A stretch of 54,755 nt of DNA from Candidatus Bathyarchaeota archaeon (lineage in GTDB: Archaea; Thermoproteota; CALKCG01; B24; JAGTQN01). The stretch lies in NCBI GenBank assembly GCA_018396395.1, contig JAGTQN010000001.1, forward strand, positions 1-54,755, in the 5' to 3' direction. Shown here in pieces: positions 26,782-36,538 of the stretch; the first letter of the stretch is position 1, and each line of letters begins with the position of its first letter. Made by a program: the position numbers and the translations under genes. The notes below the pieces were generated by a model that searched no databases, had not been told where the DNA came from, and worked only from the letters and a program-made list of their open reading frames with translations.

Positions 26782-27602
26782 TCACATTCTTTTAAGCTTT
26801 ATCTCAATAAGCCTCCTATCGGAGCCCTTGTAGGCTTCTTTCCTCGTAAGCATGTACCAGATAATCATGAGCATCTCCCTGGCAACGGCTACGATGGCTT
26901 TCTGATGTCCTCTACGGGTTGCTACGCACCTGTAGAGGCTTCCAAGCCTTTCATCGCTTAAGGAAGCCCTTTGGGCTGCCTGGACAAGGATCTAATCGGG
27001 CGAAGCCCCTTGGAGCCCTGCTTCGGTATTCTTGCCAATGCGCTTTATCGCCCGACTAGCGGATCTTGGCGAAGGCACTAAGCCAGCCTAATCGAGTAAG
27101 CCAGCTTCGAAGAGCTTGTCAAGGAAACCTATGCACGTCGCCAATCTCGGCCAGGATGAGAATAGCCTCGTCTCGTCGAGTAGAAGTCGATCACAGGCAT
27201 CGTCATTAGGAGCTTTATGGCATCCTCCTCCAAGGCTATGGAGACAATCTCCTTATCTACACATCAACATCATCCCTTAGCGCCTTACAAGCTCCATCGT
27301 AAGCTTAATGGCGTTTTCCACATCCTCGAGGCTGAGACGCCCCACATGGTTGTGGATATGCCTCGTAGCAACGCCTATGACGACGCTGGGGCACCCAGCT
27401 CCAAGGCATCGTAAAGCTTTATCCATTTGTTCCCAGTAGCCTCTAGAACAGCCTTCGCTTCCCTACCCTTCAGGGTCTCAATAAGCCCTTGGATTCCAAG
27501 GCTATCGTTTGGAAGGGATAGCTCGCCCAGGATCCCGTCCCTATCGTCCTTAAGGTATGCTTGGAAGCTGCGCTTTCCTACGTCTACCCCTACGCTTATC
27601 AT
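26782..27602 (-). pseudogene. IS110-family transposase relic
   Basis: The N-terminal frame MISVGVDVGKRSFQAYL..VLEATGNKWIKLYDALELG is the DEDD IS110 start. The C-terminal frame reads RLGSLYRCVATRRGHQKAIVAVAREMLMIIWYMLTRKEAY. The middle is frameshifted or deleted; only 821 bp remain. Confidence 0.75.
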
Positions 27603-27938
27603 GTCATGGCTTCACTTTAAGTCTTTAACATAACTTCCTCCACGAGGCTTTAGCATAGAAAGTAACTCGGATTCCGAGGATTCGCAAGAAGCCTTCCTTA
27701 GAGCCATACGATCCCTAAATGATTGTAGTAGCCCCTCCAGACTTCAATCCGTGTCTTTGTATGCCTTAAGGGCTTATGGCATTTACAAGGAAAGTATGGG
27801 ATAGACCAAAAGAAAGAAGTCCTGAAGCCTTCGCTTGACTGCCTCGCTTAGCCTTTAGTTTCTATTTACATCGTAATGAAGATTACGCTATTCAACGAAC
27901 CAAATTAAAAAAGAAAAGAGAGGTGGGTATATCAATTG

Positions 27939-29924
27939 TTAGAACTCTACAGTAACGCCTGGAGTCTTGAACCACCTTGGTACTACATATGCAGCCATAA
28001 ACACAAATGACATTAGCGCACCACCCATGGCTATGCCTATGAAAAGAGGTAAATATTTTTCGTAGAGTTTCGTTCCTCCGGTCTTGAGCATAGCGAACTT
28101 GGCAAGCCAGACGATTATCGCCATGAACCAAATTCCAGTGTAGTTATACTCAGCTGAAAAACCGATAATGATGCCGATCGGATGGAATGGCCACCACGCA
28201 AAACGGGTCCTAAGGAACCACATAACCCCAGGTAGGAGAAATGCAAGGGCTGCCGTAGACCAGTCGGTTGAGCCCCATCCAGGACCGTGGGGCATCCAGT
28301 TCGCAAGCCCACTTCCGCTCTTCACCATCGCTGCCGCTTCCTGAGGCCCTAAAGCCGTCCAAGGCCAGTTTGTGTACCCTTGGGTCATAGTGCTCCAGTA
28401 CGCTATCGAGAAACCGACGAATATTGAAACAGCGAGAGCACTAAGCGAGGCTACGATGACATCTTTCATATTCGTGCCAGTATCTGATGCAACCCTACAA
28501 GCGACAAGCGTGGCTATGGAGTTGTTGTCCTGCGCATACGAGGCTGTATAAAAGCCGCTCCAGAGCATCTCATTAAGCATTCCAGGTTTCTGGCTTAAGT
28601 TGGCGTAGGCATCGATAAAGCCGTTACTACCCCAGAACAGCTCATTGGCTGGGTAATACCACAGGAAAGTCGTTGTGAAGGCGAAACCTGTTTCAAGAAG
28701 CATGCGTACGATCCCAAGGAACAGGATGAGGTTTAGGATGATGTTTACGAGCATAAATTCGGGACTAGCCCCGAAAGCTACAGGTATCAGCCATTGTAGC
28801 AAAAGGGAAACTACAAACATGAGTAGCAATGTCCTCGTCGTGAAGCCCTGTAGCCGGATTTCCTCCGCAGCTTTCTCAGCAGAAGGCTTGCCTAAAGCAG
28901 CCCTAACTATGTTGATGACATTCCTCCAACCAAAGACTAGCATCCATACACCCAGCGAGAAGAGTCCCCAATATGCAGAAAACTGTCCATAGTAATGTGA
29001 AAGTGGAGCGTACCAAAGGAGCGCACCTCGACCCTTACTAGAGACATCCGGCCAACCAAGAATCCATACGCCTATAGGCGGAATGAGAATTCTCATAATG
29101 AAGTAAGAGAGAAACATTGTCATTAAGATGTCTTGAGGCACAAGGAATAGGAGGGATATCACGATAAGATTGTATCCTGGATAGAAACCCGCATTCGGTA
29201 ATGGCGGGTATATCTGGGTATTGACATCCCAGTTGGGGATTGTAGGGATGATTTGAAGGTTCCAAAGCGTGGGCGGAATGGTATAGATGACTCCGATTAT
29301 TAACCCAATCCAGAAGAACTTGTTGAGGATCCTAGGCCTCCCTACCTCCGATACGGGTCGGTCGATCATTGCTAAGGGTATGTGAGCCATTGGAAAGGAA
29401 AGCTTTTCAACATCTATCCATTGGCTCTTCCAAAGCAGGGCAGCGAAATTCAAGGTGAAGACTGCGAAGATCATCGCGAGAGAGGATATGACAACAGTTG
29501 CTGGTGAGTAAAGCAACGGGTTAAGGAAGGGCTTCAGTTGCGGTCCACCACCTCGCGTCATAGCGGCCCAGATCCAGAACTGCGGGCCCCCCATTGCCAA
29601 GTAAGTGGCCGTAAAGGCTGGTGCAAAGGACATCGTAAGTACAATAAGGGCTTCATGGGGGCTAAGTCTATACCTTCGCGGAAGAACTGCTGTAATTGCT
29701 GCGACGAAAAAAAATGGTATAAACGCTTGTAAATTATAAGTCCATTGACCGAAACCACCTTTAGGTGCCCAGAAACCGAAGTCTGATCCAGCAAAGCTGT
29801 GTCCCCAAACGCCGTATGTGGTATTCATAGTCTCAAGAGTCCAGTAAACCGTAAAAATGACCGCCAAAGCCATTCCAATCGCTGTGGCTCGAGGCGTCAG
29901 TCCTCTTGTTATAGCTTCTCCCAT
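27939..29924 (-). CDS. Polytopic membrane protein, putative permease; distant paralogue of 22901..24847
   Basis: 661 aa with many TM helices. N-terminal GLTPRATAIGMALAVIF. It shares the motif VEKLSFPM (IERLQFPL in the other protein) and has a similar length. Confidence 0.55.
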   Translation of the reverse strand: MGEAITRGLTPRATAIGMALAVIFTVYWTLETMNTTYGVWGHSFAGSDFGFWAPKGGFGQWTYNLQAFIPFFFVAAITAVLPRRYRLSPHEALIVLTMSFAPAFTATYLAMGGPQFWIWAAMTRGGGPQLKPFLNPLLYSPATVVISSLAMIFAVFTLNFAALLWKSQWIDVEKLSFPMAHIPLAMIDRPVSEVGRPRILNKFFWIGLIIGVIYTIPPTLWNLQIIPTIPNWDVNTQIYPPLPNAGFYPGYNLIVISLLFLVPQDILMTMFLSYFIMRILIPPIGVWILGWPDVSSKGRGALLWYAPLSHYYGQFSAYWGLFSLGVWMLVFGWRNVINIVRAALGKPSAEKAAEEIRLQGFTTRTLLLMFVVSLLLQWLIPVAFGASPEFMLVNIILNLILFLGIVRMLLETGFAFTTTFLWYYPANELFWGSNGFIDAYANLSQKPGMLNEMLWSGFYTASYAQDNNSIATLVACRVASDTGTNMKDVIVASLSALAVSIFVGFSIAYWSTMTQGYTNWPWTALGPQEAAAMVKSGSGLANWMPHGPGWGSTDWSTAALAFLLPGVMWFLRTRFAWWPFHPIGIIIGFSAEYNYTGIWFMAIIVWLAKFAMLKTGGTKLYEKYLPLFIGIAMGGALMSFVFMAAYVVPRWFKTPGVTVEF

Positions 29925-29985
29925 TTTTCATCAAATAAAGTTAAACTTATGTAACTTAAAAGTTTTGCGGTTTACATAAACTGTA

Positions 29986-29999
29986 CTGTAACCTTAAGC
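29986..29999 (+). repeat. Solo copy of the IS6-like element terminal repeat
   Basis: ctgtaaccttaagc is a 14/14 match to 20200..20213. A weaker copy, tgtaacttaaaag, lies about 35 bp upstream. Confidence 0.5.
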
Positions 30000-30142
30000 T
30001 GTAGAATGAATTTATTCATAAACCTCTTTAACATTAGTAGTATGCAATCGGCGAGAAGAAGAGATAGCTAAAACACAAGAATAGTCCACAAAGCACAAGT
30101 TTTTACATGATGGATAGATATTTTCTAAAGGCATCCATCCTT

Positions 30143-32782
30143 TTAGAATTCAAGTAAGACCTCTGCATAACCGTGAAACGGCTCAATCCTAACTGTCTCG
30201 GTATTAGCATCGTAAACACCGCCTTTTACTTTGTTCGCCTTTCTGCCTTGTGGATGAGGCAGACGAAGTTCTAAGCATTTCGGCTTCCTGTCCGAGAGGC
30301 ATTTCACTTTCGATTCAATCCTGCATTGTTCCAATTTTGATTCTACCTTCAACGATACTTCTCCAAAATAGCTGGCAACTCTGTTTAGTTCTATAGATGT
30401 GCCGTTTTCCATCCAAGATCTGGGGATCCCTGGGAGCAGCTTAAGAGTTTGACCTTGCTCCATCCAGAGCATCCATCGCGTTTGCATAAGGAACCAGCCT
30501 TCTTCATGTGTTTTGTGGGAGCTTCCAACACCCGGATAATGTTCCCAGAAAGTGTAGGTCTCTCGGTCAGCTAGGCTTGCGAAACCATTATAATAAGCCT
30601 TAAGAAACGGCTTAATCTCCCCTCGCCGAAGATGAACCTGTGGGTGACAGCTATAATAAGGTTGGCTAAAAGCCACATTACGCATATACATCAACTCTGT
30701 ATAGTAGCTCACAAGGAAATCGGCGATTCGTTCACTCGGATCTAAGACTTCGTGAAAAATAAGGTGGAGTGGTCCAAGCAAAGAGTCTCTAGCTAAGAAA
30801 GTAAGGTGGGTAAACCATCTGCCTTTTTCCGCGTAAAGCGAGACGGGGCCGCGTGCTTCGGCCCAAGGTGGAGCAGTTGGGCACCATGTTCCGTCACTAA
30901 GCGGAACAACCGGTGAGTTTGCCACAGCCTCAAACAAAGCCTCACGAATATCCTTTTTCCAATCTTCAGCCTCTCTGGCAAGCCTCTCTGATTGAGCAGG
31001 ATCCACTTTAGAGAGCATCTCCGAAGCACGGCTTAAACCAAGATATGCGTATCCGTTCAGCATAAACTGGTGGTAGGGGTCTTGCGGATCGGCGACTTTT
31101 CCTTCGATCATGCCGTAGCCTTTACCGCGTAACTCCTCCCTCTTGTTACGGTTACGCCATTCTAAAAGACGCTCACAAGCCTTAAGCAGTTTCGGCTTGA
31201 TCTGTTGAACCCAGTTGTCGTCATGTGTGTAGCGGTAATGCTCACCCATAACCCATAATGCTGCTCCCGTTTCCAGCATGTATCCATCGAAGTTCTGGAT
31301 AAATCCGTCTTCATGTTGCTTATCAAGAAAATACGTCAAAGAACGCCTAGCCAGACTATGCCAACCCATGGAGTCCATGAACTGAATGATTGGTGAACTC
31401 TCTGAGCCGATCGGACAGTATACCCCAATGGTAGCCGCAACGGTGCCGAATGGTTCAAGACCATACGCAACGAGATCTAAATGAAGCAAGCCCGCCTGCA
31501 TCATCTCTTCAATCCGTTTTTCAGGTAGTTTCACCTTAGCAGCGGACTCCAGCTTCTCTTTCCAAAATTCGCGGCATTCGGCGTGAAGCATTGTAAAGTC
31601 TCGCTTTCTCAGTCGCTTAGCCCTTTCTCTGGAGATGGGACGATGGGGAAGAAAGAACTCGAATGAGGCTGTTTCCCCAGGTTTAAGCAGAACAGCTAAC
31701 TCCTCCTGAGGCATTGGTTTCCCGTTTAATTTTGAGATGCAAAAGACCTGTCCACTTTCAAAAACTCCGAATCCGTCCTTTCCATCATACGACCATCTCA
31801 AAGCCTTTTTTGAACTAGGAAAAACGTTTTTAAACCATGCATAGCGAGGTACATAAGCAGAATTCACCGCTTCGGTTCTAAAGCAGAGCACGGTCTCTTC
31901 TTCGCAGCTCATCTCTTCAGGCAGAAGCGATTGGAATTCTCGTTCTTGCTCTTTCGTGAAAATATGGCCGTATCCATAGCCGTCAGCAACCAAGAAGTGC
32001 GTGCCCCGCAGCGACTTAGTTGTAAGCTTGGTTGATTCAAGCGTAACAAATACAGTGGAGTTATAGATTACATCATCATCGACGAGTACTCCGTGTAGAA
32101 TCGGTAGCACACCTTCTTCCAGATGCCGAGACATCCTTTCGGCACAGCCTATTCCGCGGCCGATAAAAAAGTTGTATCGGACGGGGTTGTTGTCAGCCTC
32201 TGGAAGTGGAACTGGGTAGCCATGGAATCGTGGCTGAATCCAATCCCAAACTTCCTGTCCAATCCGAAAACTAAACTCGAAGATTCGAATGTCTCTACTA
32301 AGTCCCAGCCAAGTTGGGCAGTGGAGTTCTCGAGTATTCGCCGCAGCCGATGCGTAACTTTCTTCCGGCTCGCTTTCTATACGCTGAAGTTTCGTTTGTA
32401 GTCCGCGGCTACGAATCTCTTCAGCGATCTGCTCATAGGAACGTTCATCATCTGCCTCAGTCACAACTATCCCGTATTCTGGGATGATGATGGGATATTC
32501 CTTACTGACATCTCTGAGAAAGAAACTAAACGGATTGATAGCTGTGTGAACAGTAATTAATGTTGTCTCTGATCCCAAACTGCAACCAGACTCATCAACA
32601 GTAATCTCCAGCCTGCAAGATCCATGGAATGCGAAAGAGAATTCGTCATCTACGACTTCACCTTTACCCTTCTTAATGAGCACCTCCTTCAGTCTACCAT
32701 TAACTACTTTTATTCGGCCTGTTGGTTTGCCATTCTTCCATTCTATAGCTATGCTCCTGCCCATAATAGGCACTTCTCCCAT
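30143..32782 (-). CDS. Large cytoplasmic protein with an (alpha/alpha)6 six-hairpin glycosidase-like C-terminal half; family not recognised
   Basis: 879-aa uninterrupted ORF with no signal peptide. The segment LDKQHEDGFIQNFDGYMLETGAALWVMGEHYRYTHDDNWVQQIKPKLLKACERLLEWR has the periodic helix-hairpin character of GH15/GH63/GH78/GH95-type toroids. This is judged by eye only. Confidence 0.45.
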   Translation of the reverse strand: MGEVPIMGRSIAIEWKNGKPTGRIKVVNGRLKEVLIKKGKGEVVDDEFSFAFHGSCRLEITVDESGCSLGSETTLITVHTAINPFSFFLRDVSKEYPIIIPEYGIVVTEADDERSYEQIAEEIRSRGLQTKLQRIESEPEESYASAAANTRELHCPTWLGLSRDIRIFEFSFRIGQEVWDWIQPRFHGYPVPLPEADNNPVRYNFFIGRGIGCAERMSRHLEEGVLPILHGVLVDDDVIYNSTVFVTLESTKLTTKSLRGTHFLVADGYGYGHIFTKEQEREFQSLLPEEMSCEEETVLCFRTEAVNSAYVPRYAWFKNVFPSSKKALRWSYDGKDGFGVFESGQVFCISKLNGKPMPQEELAVLLKPGETASFEFFLPHRPISRERAKRLRKRDFTMLHAECREFWKEKLESAAKVKLPEKRIEEMMQAGLLHLDLVAYGLEPFGTVAATIGVYCPIGSESSPIIQFMDSMGWHSLARRSLTYFLDKQHEDGFIQNFDGYMLETGAALWVMGEHYRYTHDDNWVQQIKPKLLKACERLLEWRNRNKREELRGKGYGMIEGKVADPQDPYHQFMLNGYAYLGLSRASEMLSKVDPAQSERLAREAEDWKKDIREALFEAVANSPVVPLSDGTWCPTAPPWAEARGPVSLYAEKGRWFTHLTFLARDSLLGPLHLIFHEVLDPSERIADFLVSYYTELMYMRNVAFSQPYYSCHPQVHLRRGEIKPFLKAYYNGFASLADRETYTFWEHYPGVGSSHKTHEEGWFLMQTRWMLWMEQGQTLKLLPGIPRSWMENGTSIELNRVASYFGEVSLKVESKLEQCRIESKVKCLSDRKPKCLELRLPHPQGRKANKVKGGVYDANTETVRIEPFHGYAEVLLEF

Positions 32783-32981
32783 TCTCTAGTCTAGGATCTC
32801 TCCAGTTGATCTCGGATTCGAAACGCATTCAATCTAAGCCACCAGTCTTCGTAGAAGACTTTAAAATGTTTCCCTGCTTTGTGGATTAATATAAATTAAA
32901 TTGTACGACCCATGATCTTCCTTATCTACTGACTGAAGGGTTGTTCTTATATGACATGTCCTCGGCGAAGAATTTGAAAAA

Positions 32982-34982
32982 CTACGAATACTCCAAAGAG
33001 ATCTTGCTTACGATACCTTCTAACCCAAACTTGTTCACAGGCTTCGCTTGAAGCGTATTAATACCCTTGCGAAGGGTCCAAAGGAAACTAGAAGGCATTT
33101 CCACCCATTCTTCTTCATTGATCTTCACAAAGAACTTGTCAAAGTTCGGGGTGACTGTATCAATTTGTACCTTAAGCTTTCCCGGCTCCGCGTACTGAAG
33201 ATGTAATTCAGCTTGGTTTAAAGTCCATTCGAAGTCCGCATCCCTTGAAGAATATTTTGTGAACCAAGGAAAGGGTTTACTCGGGACTCCTGGCGCCCTT
33301 TCCCACCTTGAGACCTTTTCACTCTCGTACATAAGCCATCCATCATAGTTCCAAGGCAAAAGTCCCTCGCCATCTGCCTCGCAGGGTTCAAGGGAGCTTA
33401 AATGATCATTCCTCATATCCATAATGCCATATCCATTCCACATCATATCAAGCCTTTCCTGTGCGGTCCAGGCCGGGCGATCGGAAACAAGCTTGATTCC
33501 TTCATAGTTCTTGTCCAAGGCTGCTTTATAGGCTTCAAGGCCACTCATAGGAATACCGTTCCTTTCGAAATAGTAGGTGCATTTTCGCCTGTCATCAGGA
33601 TCCCCTGACATGTCTATAAGGACCCATTTCTTGTACTCGTTGGACCAGGCTTCGGCCGTCGCATGGACGGCAAGCATTCTACGTGCTTGTAACCCTACAG
33701 CTAAGCAACACTGGACGAAGGCCGCGCTATAATGGGTGCACATGCCTAAGGCTAGCTTCTTCCTGTCCAATTCCAGTATAAGAAGCCCGTCAGGAGGTGG
33801 ATTATAGTCTATATACCCGAATCTTCCACCCCAGTTGATAGCTGACTTCCAACCATCTTCCCATTGACTCCTTACCCACTCTGCAAGTCTCAGGAACTTC
33901 TCAAACTCTGTCTTAGCCCCTTTCACCACCCAGTCTAGTTGGTATCGTTCTCTAAGAATTTTCAGCCTTGGCTCATCATAAGGCTGGTAAGCGAAGGAAT
34001 AGGAGCTTCGAACAATCTTCTCGTTTCTGAACTCTCGTATCTTTATTCTTTCCTCATCTAAGCTTTCTTCTAAGGAAAGCTCAGCCGAAAGCGTGAGGCT
34101 GTAGAGCTCGGGTGTAGCCCTCGGATCGCATGTGGTCAGGGCAACCCTCCACTGCAGATAATGGTGGGAGGGATCTCTGAAATGGGGGCCCTTCACCAAG
34201 GCTTCTGGAGACATCCAATGCGTCCATGTTTTTGGCGAGTAGGAGGGCGTAGAACCGATCCTCGACTCGACCTCTATCGCTGTCCCTTCAGGTTCAATGC
34301 CCTCGTAGTTTATCCACAGACTTTCTAGACAAACCTTGGGGGCTATGGGACCTGACGTTGTTGAGGAGGCTACATCGATAAAGGGAGAGGTAACGTATCC
34401 CTTAGGTGGATACGCTTCGATCTTAAGCCTTATCAAGTATTCTCCATCGCAGGAGTTGTTGATTCCCATGTTATCGTAATTCCAAGTCTTGCCGCCATCG
34501 GCGCTCTTTGCGCTTCTATTTGGCTGTCTCGAATTTTCGATCCAGAACGTGTAGCCAAGGCTTCCCTCGGAGTGGAAGACGAACTCGTTCAGACCTTTCC
34601 TTAAATATTCGACTGGAAAAGGAATCTCCGTCCACTGCGTATCATAATTGAACCATTCTCTCCTAAACCTGTAGGACGCGGCTTCTCGTCCGTTAACCTC
34701 TAAAATGAGTGGCTCCTCTTCCCTAGCACTTATGAAGGGAATAACCTCTGCAGAGAAGACATTCGGGTTGTCTATTAAGAACTCTTTCTTAATCCAAACA
34801 TCTCCTTGGACTTGCTCCTTGGTTTTTCTACCGATTCTACCAATTTCATCGGCAAGAAGGATTCGTCTCCTCAATTTCAAGGCTCCAGAATTCGTTAGAT
34901 CAATTTTATAGTCCCTGAAGACTTCATCAAAGTCGTCGTATCCTTTCCAGGTTCTTGAGACCATAATCCTTTTCAATCGCAT
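32982..34982 (-). CDS. Transglutaminase-core (papain-like Cys protease fold) domain protein with N-terminal beta-sandwich modules
   Basis: LALGMCTHYSAAFVQCCLAVGLQARRMLAVHATAEAWSNEYKKWVLIDMSGD fits the transglutaminase-like core pattern G-x-C ... GLxAR ... H/W ... D. There is no signal peptide. Confidence 0.6.
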   Translation of the reverse strand: MRLKRIMVSRTWKGYDDFDEVFRDYKIDLTNSGALKLRRRILLADEIGRIGRKTKEQVQGDVWIKKEFLIDNPNVFSAEVIPFISAREEEPLILEVNGREAASYRFRREWFNYDTQWTEIPFPVEYLRKGLNEFVFHSEGSLGYTFWIENSRQPNRSAKSADGGKTWNYDNMGINNSCDGEYLIRLKIEAYPPKGYVTSPFIDVASSTTSGPIAPKVCLESLWINYEGIEPEGTAIEVESRIGSTPSYSPKTWTHWMSPEALVKGPHFRDPSHHYLQWRVALTTCDPRATPELYSLTLSAELSLEESLDEERIKIREFRNEKIVRSSYSFAYQPYDEPRLKILRERYQLDWVVKGAKTEFEKFLRLAEWVRSQWEDGWKSAINWGGRFGYIDYNPPPDGLLILELDRKKLALGMCTHYSAAFVQCCLAVGLQARRMLAVHATAEAWSNEYKKWVLIDMSGDPDDRRKCTYYFERNGIPMSGLEAYKAALDKNYEGIKLVSDRPAWTAQERLDMMWNGYGIMDMRNDHLSSLEPCEADGEGLLPWNYDGWLMYESEKVSRWERAPGVPSKPFPWFTKYSSRDADFEWTLNQAELHLQYAEPGKLKVQIDTVTPNFDKFFVKINEEEWVEMPSSFLWTLRKGINTLQAKPVNKFGLEGIVSKISLEYS

Positions 34983-35031
34983 CTACCCCCTCGCATCATA
35001 ATTTCTGGATTCTCGAGATTGGACAGGGTTA

Positions 35032-36282
35032 CTACCAAGGAGTCTCGTACCGGAACTCGGCTGGCTCTATCTTGCAGGGATAGGTTGGGCCTGGCTCTGA
35101 TAGGGCTATCATATACCTTTTCTCCCCAGGAACATATACGCCGCTAAAGAGAGTTACTAAGCGGTAGAAAGAAGGCATTCTGTCCAAGTGCTTGCAGATG
35201 GGCGATGGAAGCGTATGGTCCCTAAGGATCTTCCACATGGAATCTACTGTAAGCTCGAGTTTCTCGTCTTCCGTCAGCCTTCTGAGGTTAAGCCACCTTT
35301 GGTAATGAAATTTGTATTGCTCTGACGAATTGTCTAGGAGGTGCCGCGTTTCTGGATGGACAGCTACCCCATCAGTTGTGAAGATCGTATCGCCCTTTGG
35401 TCTGAGAATGCCTATATGCCTCCAAGACTTCTCTACTACGGCTGCATCTCCCTTGGCGTCAACAAGGGCTATGTTAGAACAACGACGTGTGAACATGTTG
35501 TATCGCTTAAACATCTCCAACGCCTCTCCCACGGTCGCACAGTACCGCATCACAAGATCCCCTACATCTACGGGAAAAAGTTCGTCGGGTTCTCCCTCCC
35601 CCGGATAATCGATACTGCTTCCCCACATGATGAGCCCCTTCTCATTCCCGATGGGGCCGGTACTGTAACCTAGGGATGGGGGTCTTAGGACGATCGTCGG
35701 GAAACAACCTTCGTAGCTCATCTTCGGTATCCAGTCAATCGAATCGTCTGTATTCCGCCCTATGATAGGGCCAATGTCTGTCTTCCTAAAGATGACGGTC
35801 GTACAGCCTGGAGCTACACAATCCAACCACTTTGCATGACCTTTCAGGAGCTGATAGACATCATACCAGAAACGGTAGAAAACTATGTCTTGAAAGGATA
35901 GATCCGCGCCCTCGGCCATACCCTTCATCTCATCCTGGATATACTCCTTCATACCCTTTAGCTCAGGGTATTTGTTTAGGTCGGGGACAGCATTGATCCT
36001 CTTCTCATAGGCTTGCTCAGCATGCCTATAAAGATCCTCTTGGGTCCATTTATCCAATGTCCGAATTGCCTCTAGTGGTAGCTTCCACATCTCTCTGGCA
36101 AACCTCCTCCAGTTTTCGATTTTTCCATAGAGGTCAAGGAAGCTTACAATAGACTCACGGCTAGATTTTCCATAGGTGAGGCCATTCTCATACCCTGACT
36201 CAGAAAGCCTTATGATCTTGATCTTCTTAGTAAGTGTGAACTCAAGTCTCACGTATTCGTTTTCTTGCATAATTTTTTTCAC
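35032..36282 (-). CDS. Peptidase C45-like Ntn hydrolase (acyl-CoA:6-APA acyltransferase family)
   Basis: The internal site APGCTTVIF..IIGRNTDD resembles the G/CTT autoprocessing site and the following N-x-D motif of C45 Ntn hydrolases. Confidence 0.55.
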   Translation of the reverse strand: MKKIMQENEYVRLEFTLTKKIKIIRLSESGYENGLTYGKSSRESIVSFLDLYGKIENWRRFAREMWKLPLEAIRTLDKWTQEDLYRHAEQAYEKRINAVPDLNKYPELKGMKEYIQDEMKGMAEGADLSFQDIVFYRFWYDVYQLLKGHAKWLDCVAPGCTTVIFRKTDIGPIIGRNTDDSIDWIPKMSYEGCFPTIVLRPPSLGYSTGPIGNEKGLIMWGSSIDYPGEGEPDELFPVDVGDLVMRYCATVGEALEMFKRYNMFTRRCSNIALVDAKGDAAVVEKSWRHIGILRPKGDTIFTTDGVAVHPETRHLLDNSSEQYKFHYQRWLNLRRLTEDEKLELTVDSMWKILRDHTLPSPICKHLDRMPSFYRLVTLFSGVYVPGEKRYMIALSEPGPTYPCKIEPAEFRYETPW

Positions 36283-36538
36283 CTTTCTTCAAGGTATTTT
36301 TCTTGGTGGGATTTTAAAGCCTTTCTATGACTTTTTAACCACAGTTTATCGATTATATAGAAGAATTTCATTCACTTCATAGATATTAACATCGCATAAT
36401 CAGAGGGTAAGAACTTTTAGATCCATACGGATCATCATGGTCTCACCATACCTATTTAGGAGCTCCCTTTATAGTTAGCCTTCTTAAGGCTTAAAACTCT
36501 CAACAATATACAGAAGGGACAAATAGAGGCAGACCGAT

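Noticed and set aside
32799-32824. ORB-like tctccagttgat and a tRNA T-loop-like ggattcgaaac upstream of the 879-aa gene
   Set aside because: The ORB match is limited to about 9/12 positions, with no G-string and no AT-rich partner region. The flanks of the T-loop-like sequence cannot form a T-stem or acceptor stem.
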